Source: Candidatus Marinacidobacterales bacterium
GTDB lineage: Bacteria > Acidobacteriota > Vicinamibacteria > Marinacidobacterales > DATDRI01
Assembly: GCA_965226495.1 (NCBI GenBank)
Contig: OZ245365.1
Span: 5,248,001-5,312,000, forward strand
Direction: 5' to 3'
Length of the DNA: 64,000 nucleotides
Shown: positions 59,751 through 64,000 of the stretch, one piece after another
Layout: the number at the start of each line of letters is the position of its first letter
How positions within the stretch are numbered: the first letter of the stretch is position 1
Notes under the pieces: model-generated
Told to the model about the DNA's origin: nothing
Database searches by the model: none
What the model saw: the letters and a program-made list of their open reading frames with translations, nothing else
Program-made: the position numbers and the translations under genes

Positions 59751-62327
59751 TTATCTGGAAGGTTCCCTAGATAAGTCAAAGACGGGGGCGGTCAAGAAGA
59801 CACCCAATCGGCGGTGGTCGGCCTTGGCTGGATCGAGCTCGGCAGGACGAAAGCCGGCAGCCGAGGTCACCGTCAGGTACGCGAGATCGTTCTCGAACGA
59901 CACCTGGACGCGCTTCGTTTCGAACGGACGGAGTGAAAACTGCAACACCTTTTCCGTCTGTTCTACTTCGACCCAGTTCTCCCGGCCACCGTTTGCCAAG
60001 GACAAAACCACGTCGACATCCCGCCTACCCTCCAAGGCGAAATGTGCCTTCGCGCCGGCTCGAACCCAAAAACCTCGAGGTTCGAAGAAGACGTTGTCGT
60101 CCAGAGAATGAAAGCGCAGTCCACCCTCAAACGCGAGAGATTGGAGTGCCGTCACCGCCTTGCCAGAGAGCCGTTCCGGTCGCAGGCGAAGGCTTGGGCT
60201 CGCGGAGCCGCTACGAACGCGAAAACGCGCTAGGCCCACGCCGGTCCGGAAGGTTCGTCCCATCCGGGATGACGTGAAGCAACCCTCGCCGTTACACAGC
60301 TCGACTTCTCCCGTCTCGTCGGAGCTCAGCACGAACTCACCCGACGGGAGGCGGATCGGCGCACTCTGCCAAAGCTCGACTTGCTCCTGCCGGTCTCGAC
60401 TGGCCCTCGTCGCCCCACGCAATGGCAAGTCCACGAGTCCCAGAACCTCCCCATACTCGATCGCGCTCACCGATGGTAGCTTTAGAAAACGATCCACTTC
60501 CCGGCCCGGGAGTCCCCACAAGAGGTCCTCCATCCAGCGGGCACGCGCATTTTCCGGAGCTCGACCTGGCGAAATAAAATCCACCAGGCATGTCGTGACG
60601 AGTAAGGGAACAACTAGGGGCGGCAACCGAAACCGCCTCGGTGAAAGCTGCACGACGGCGGCCAGCAGCAGAATCCCCGCACCCACTCCAACCAAAACGA
60701 GCGACCGCGGGTCCGCTCGCACCAGCGACGGAAGGTAGTGGGTTAGATCCCACGAAGCTCCCAGCGATTCCAAGAGCCGGCTGGTACCGTCTCTTTGGTT
60801 GAGGTACAAGAACTTACCTGGGACCGACGCAGCGTAGGCGCCAAAGAGAACACTCACGATAAGAAACGTTCGCGCCCACGGCTGAATTCCGCGTCGTGGC
60901 TCCCAACTCCATACGGCACCTGCCGCCACCGCTAGCAAAGGCAACGCGGGAAAAAGAAAGCGGGCGGGGGCCGAACTACCTCCTGACCACAAGGGATGCG
61001 CAGCCCCAGGGAGTGCCACCGCACCCAAAGTCACGAAGAGGAGCCAACCCGGCACAGGCTGGCGTCGAATGTAGCTTCCCAACGTTGCTACCGCAAAAAT
61101 GTAGAAAGGCGATGAGACGAAAAGGCCGAACTCCTGGTCGAAAAACAAACCCGCGAGCCCGAGAGGAATTCGTTCCCAGAAAACCCGCTGCGTGCCGTAA
61201 GAGGCAAGCGGGTTCGGACTCCCCAAGAACACGTAACAAAAGGTGACGAACGCCAAGAGGGTGACCGCAGTCCCGGCTGCGATCGCCCTTCGTTTCTTCG
61301 GCCAGAGGACCAACGAGCCCACAACGAAGACCGCCGCAAGCGGAAAAAACTTAATATGAAAGAAGGGAAGTGCCCCGAACGCCAGCCCCCATCCGGCGGC
61401 ACCCATCGAGCTCGGTGGCGGCGGCGAAACCCAACGACGGAAAAGTGCAATCGCCAACGTTGCCACGGCCAACTCGGGATACGCGGCGGTGGATAGGAAC
61501 AGAGTCGGTACAGTCACGCCGAAGCCCGCGGAGGCCAACAGTGCCGCGGCACGATCTCCGGTTAACTGCTCCACGGCTCCGAACAGCTCGCGAACGGCAA
61601 GTGCACCAAGAACCGCTTCGGTCAAGAGGACACCCAACAACCCAAGCAGGGCGTACCCTGGAAATAGTAGAAGCGGCATGCCAATCCCGTGGACGGAGTG
61701 GGACGTCCCGTGGGCCAGATGAGGACCTATCTTGCCGTCGTAGAACTCGCGGAAGCTTCCCTCCGCGTAGTCGTCTGCGACTCGCAGATCGTGATCACGG
61801 AGCAAACTATGAACGATCAATAAGTAATGTGGTTCGTCACCGGTTAGACCCACCTCCGCTTGAGCCTGGTAGCCCACTAGGAGATAGACTCCGAGCGCGG
61901 CCACTGCAACTTGGTTCGCCGAGAAGGATGGCACGAGCTCCAAATGCTCAGCGGCCAGCCACAGGACCGTCGCCAGGCTTCCCACCAGAAGCAGATCAAG
62001 GACAGGCCCACAAAACGCGGACAGAAAAGGCACAATAGAAAGTGCGCCCGGCACGTAGGCAAGGTTCGCGAGGCCGGGTAACAAGAGTGGGTGAAGGATC
62101 CTCACAGCGCCACGCCTGGCGAGGAGATGACCCGCGACGATTCCCCCCAGCGCTCCGACAACAAAAGCGAAGAGCCACCAACTCAGGGAAGGCACCGACA
62201 CGACGACCACCGGTCGCGTGATCGCTTCCGAGACCGGTACGCGGAGCGTCGATCGAAGGACCAGCGCCGTGGCCGTCGAAGCCCCGGCGGCGGCGCTCAA
62301 AAGCTTTTCGATGACTTGCTGGCGCAA
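59751..62327 (-). CDS. Large polytopic membrane protein, GT-C-like
   Basis: GDEPHYL loop, many TM helices, PARFL motif. Confidence 0.72.
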   Translation of the reverse strand: MRQQVIEKLLSAAAGASTATALVLRSTLRVPVSEAITRPVVVVSVPSLSWWLFAFVVGALGGIVAGHLLARRGAVRILHPLLLPGLANLAYVPGALSIVPFLSAFCGPVLDLLLVGSLATVLWLAAEHLELVPSFSANQVAVAALGVYLLVGYQAQAEVGLTGDEPHYLLIVHSLLRDHDLRVADDYAEGSFREFYDGKIGPHLAHGTSHSVHGIGMPLLLFPGYALLGLLGVLLTEAVLGALAVRELFGAVEQLTGDRAAALLASAGFGVTVPTLFLSTAAYPELAVATLAIALFRRWVSPPPPSSMGAAGWGLAFGALPFFHIKFFPLAAVFVVGSLVLWPKKRRAIAAGTAVTLLAFVTFCYVFLGSPNPLASYGTQRVFWERIPLGLAGLFFDQEFGLFVSSPFYIFAVATLGSYIRRQPVPGWLLFVTLGAVALPGAAHPLWSGGSSAPARFLFPALPLLAVAAGAVWSWEPRRGIQPWARTFLIVSVLFGAYAASVPGKFLYLNQRDGTSRLLESLGASWDLTHYLPSLVRADPRSLVLVGVGAGILLLAAVVQLSPRRFRLPPLVVPLLVTTCLVDFISPGRAPENARARWMEDLLWGLPGREVDRFLKLPSVSAIEYGEVLGLVDLPLRGATRASRDRQEQVELWQSAPIRLPSGEFVLSSDETGEVELCNGEGCFTSSRMGRTFRTGVGLARFRVRSGSASPSLRLRPERLSGKAVTALQSLAFEGGLRFHSLDDNVFFEPRGFWVRAGAKAHFALEGRRDVDVVLSLANGGRENWVEVEQTEKVLQFSLRPFETKRVQVSFENDLAYLTVTSAAGFRPAELDPAKADHRRLGVFLTAPVFDLSREPSR

Positions 62328-62329
62328 GG

Positions 62330-62875
62330 CTAGTGCCGTTCCAGACGCTCCTCGAGCATCGATAGGCCAACGAGGGTCTTGGCGTCCTTGATCTCGTGCC
62401 TGGCAACCATTTGGTGTGCCTCTTGGGGAGTGAAGAGGCGAACTTCGATCCGTTCGTCTTCCTCTGGAAGGGGTGTCCTCCTCTCGAGCTCGGTGGCCCG
62501 AAAGAGATGCATCAGCTCATCGGTGAACCCAGGGGCCGGATAAAACTCGAGGAGTTTCTCCAACCGGTGAGGGTAATACCCGGTCTCTTCCACCAACTCG
62601 CGGCGAGCCGTTTCGTCTGCTGACTCGCCCGGATCGATATGGCCGGCGGGCGATTCCCACATAAAAGCGTCGACCGCGTAACGATACTGTCGCACGAAAA
62701 CCAGACGACCATCGGGAACGACAGGCAGGATGACCGCCGAGCCGGCGTGCCGCACAACTTCCCGCTCGACCTCCACGCCTCCAGGTTCAGAGACTCGATC
62801 CACTTCGAGAGTAAGGATGCGTCCGCGGTAGGCGACTCGGTGATGCAACCGTTTCGCGAGCTCCCTTGCACACAT
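62330..62875 (-). CDS. nudF: ADP-ribose pyrophosphatase (NUDIX)
   Basis: REVVRH, VRQYRY, PAG.IDPGE..ARRELVEETG, PGFTDE, DAKT. Confidence 0.85.
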   Translation of the reverse strand: MCARELAKRLHHRVAYRGRILTLEVDRVSEPGGVEVEREVVRHAGSAVILPVVPDGRLVFVRQYRYAVDAFMWESPAGHIDPGESADETARRELVEETGYYPHRLEKLLEFYPAPGFTDELMHLFRATELERRTPLPEEDERIEVRLFTPQEAHQMVARHEIKDAKTLVGLSMLEERLERH

Positions 62876-62976
62876 GCAGGCGATTCTAGCACGGTGCTAG
62901 TGTCACTCGGGTTGGGAAGGGTTAGGACGTTACGTAGGGGGATTCTGCGAACAATATCCTGGTGGCGGCGAGAACA

Positions 62977-63918
62977 CTAGGGCTCCACGCCGACCGGAGG
63001 AACCGCATAGTAACCGGTACGCGTACGCACGACCAGATCGGGCTGATCCTTGATGCGAACTTCGATCGCCCTCCAGAGTCCGTCTTTGGTTCCGTCCTGG
63101 GGGACGTAGGCCAAGCGGTACTGACTATGAAGCTCGTCCTGAATGCGATCGAAGGATTCGTCGAGCGCGCCAATGTCCTTGGGAAAGAAGGCCGCACCGC
63201 CCGTTTCTCTGGACAATTTCTTGAGAAAACCCTTGTTCACACCACTGCCACCAAAGCCACGACTCCCTTGAAACCCGACCGAATAGATCGTCACTTCGGA
63301 GAACTTCGCTCCTTCGACGGCATCGTCCTTCGTCGCTTCGCTCCCCACCCCGGCCGACCGAGAATCGTCACCGTCGGTAAAGACGAGAAGCGCCTTTCGT
63401 CCTTCCACCGACTCCAGCTTGAAAATGGAAAGCAGGATCGCGTCGTAGAGCGCCGTCCATCCAGAAGGATAGAGCGATTGAATCGTAGCCACGAGTCGAT
63501 CGACGTCATCGGTGAAATACGTGCTGAACCTGACCCGTTCATTGAAGTCTCCGATGATCGCCTGGTCGCCGTCCCAGAGCTTGCCGACAAAATTTCCAGC
63601 CGCTTCCTTCACGCCTTCCACGCTGGGACGGATGCTGGTCGAGGCATCGAGTAGCAGAAGGACGGTAACCGGTGTGACCTCAGGACTGAAAAAGCTAAGC
63701 TCCTGAATGCCTTTGTCTTCGTAAACCTCGAAGTCCTCTTCGGTGAGGCCGGGAATGAAACGCCCATTCTTGTCCACGACGACTACGTTGAGATTCACCG
63801 CCGCCACGCCTATCTTGAACTGAAATCGGTCTCCTTCCGATTGCTCCTGGGAGAGTGAGGTTCCGGCAGGCATCAAAACGACCGCGCCTAGAAGAGCCAA
63901 AGTGATGATTCGCGACAT
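62977..63918 (-). CDS. VWA domain protein (acidobacterial VWFA type), exported
   Basis: DASTS MIDAS motif, TALYDA, FTDG.D, ETGG, VRTRTGY. Confidence 0.9.
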   Translation of the reverse strand: MSRIITLALLGAVVLMPAGTSLSQEQSEGDRFQFKIGVAAVNLNVVVVDKNGRFIPGLTEEDFEVYEDKGIQELSFFSPEVTPVTVLLLLDASTSIRPSVEGVKEAAGNFVGKLWDGDQAIIGDFNERVRFSTYFTDDVDRLVATIQSLYPSGWTALYDAILLSIFKLESVEGRKALLVFTDGDDSRSAGVGSEATKDDAVEGAKFSEVTIYSVGFQGSRGFGGSGVNKGFLKKLSRETGGAAFFPKDIGALDESFDRIQDELHSQYRLAYVPQDGTKDGLWRAIEVRIKDQPDLVVRTRTGYYAVPPVGVEP

Positions 63919-64000
63919 GTTGTGTTCCTCGTTAGCTCGAGTCCGATCGAGATTTTCGCCTTTGGTAGCGATTCGGGGGCTGCGGTCCGGGCTTTGACCA

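Overview
GC-rich bacterial DNA, probably Acidobacteriota (Vicinamibacteria-like). This is inferred from an acidobacterial-type VWA protein, a Ser/Thr kinase with a TolB-like propeller, and the intergenic palindromes. The centrepiece is an ~18 kb co-oriented Tad/Flp pilus locus (16.5-34.3 kb). It has seven prepilin-type genes, CpaB, a secretin, a fused CpaE-CpaF ATPase and TadB/TadC. It then continues into three membrane-anchored FHA proteins, a second PilB/GspE-type ATPase and a secreted TPR protein. A Ser/Thr kinase gene follows, bracketed by a 51-bp direct repeat. The layout recalls the FHA-containing Tad-like Kil predation apparatus of myxobacteria. The tadG-like gene is interrupted by a 240-bp insert containing an IS1182-like transposase fragment. 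Elsewhere are a Fic gene, two PIN toxin-antitoxin pairs, osmC/hxlR, mtnBDC, several peptidases and hydrolases, a large protease with five tandem repeats, an isolated rpoZ and a membrane glycosylation cluster. About seven single-base frameshifts are more likely sequencing errors than true pseudogenes. I recognised no rRNA, tRNA or CRISPR array. All family calls come from motifs read by eye, not database searches.
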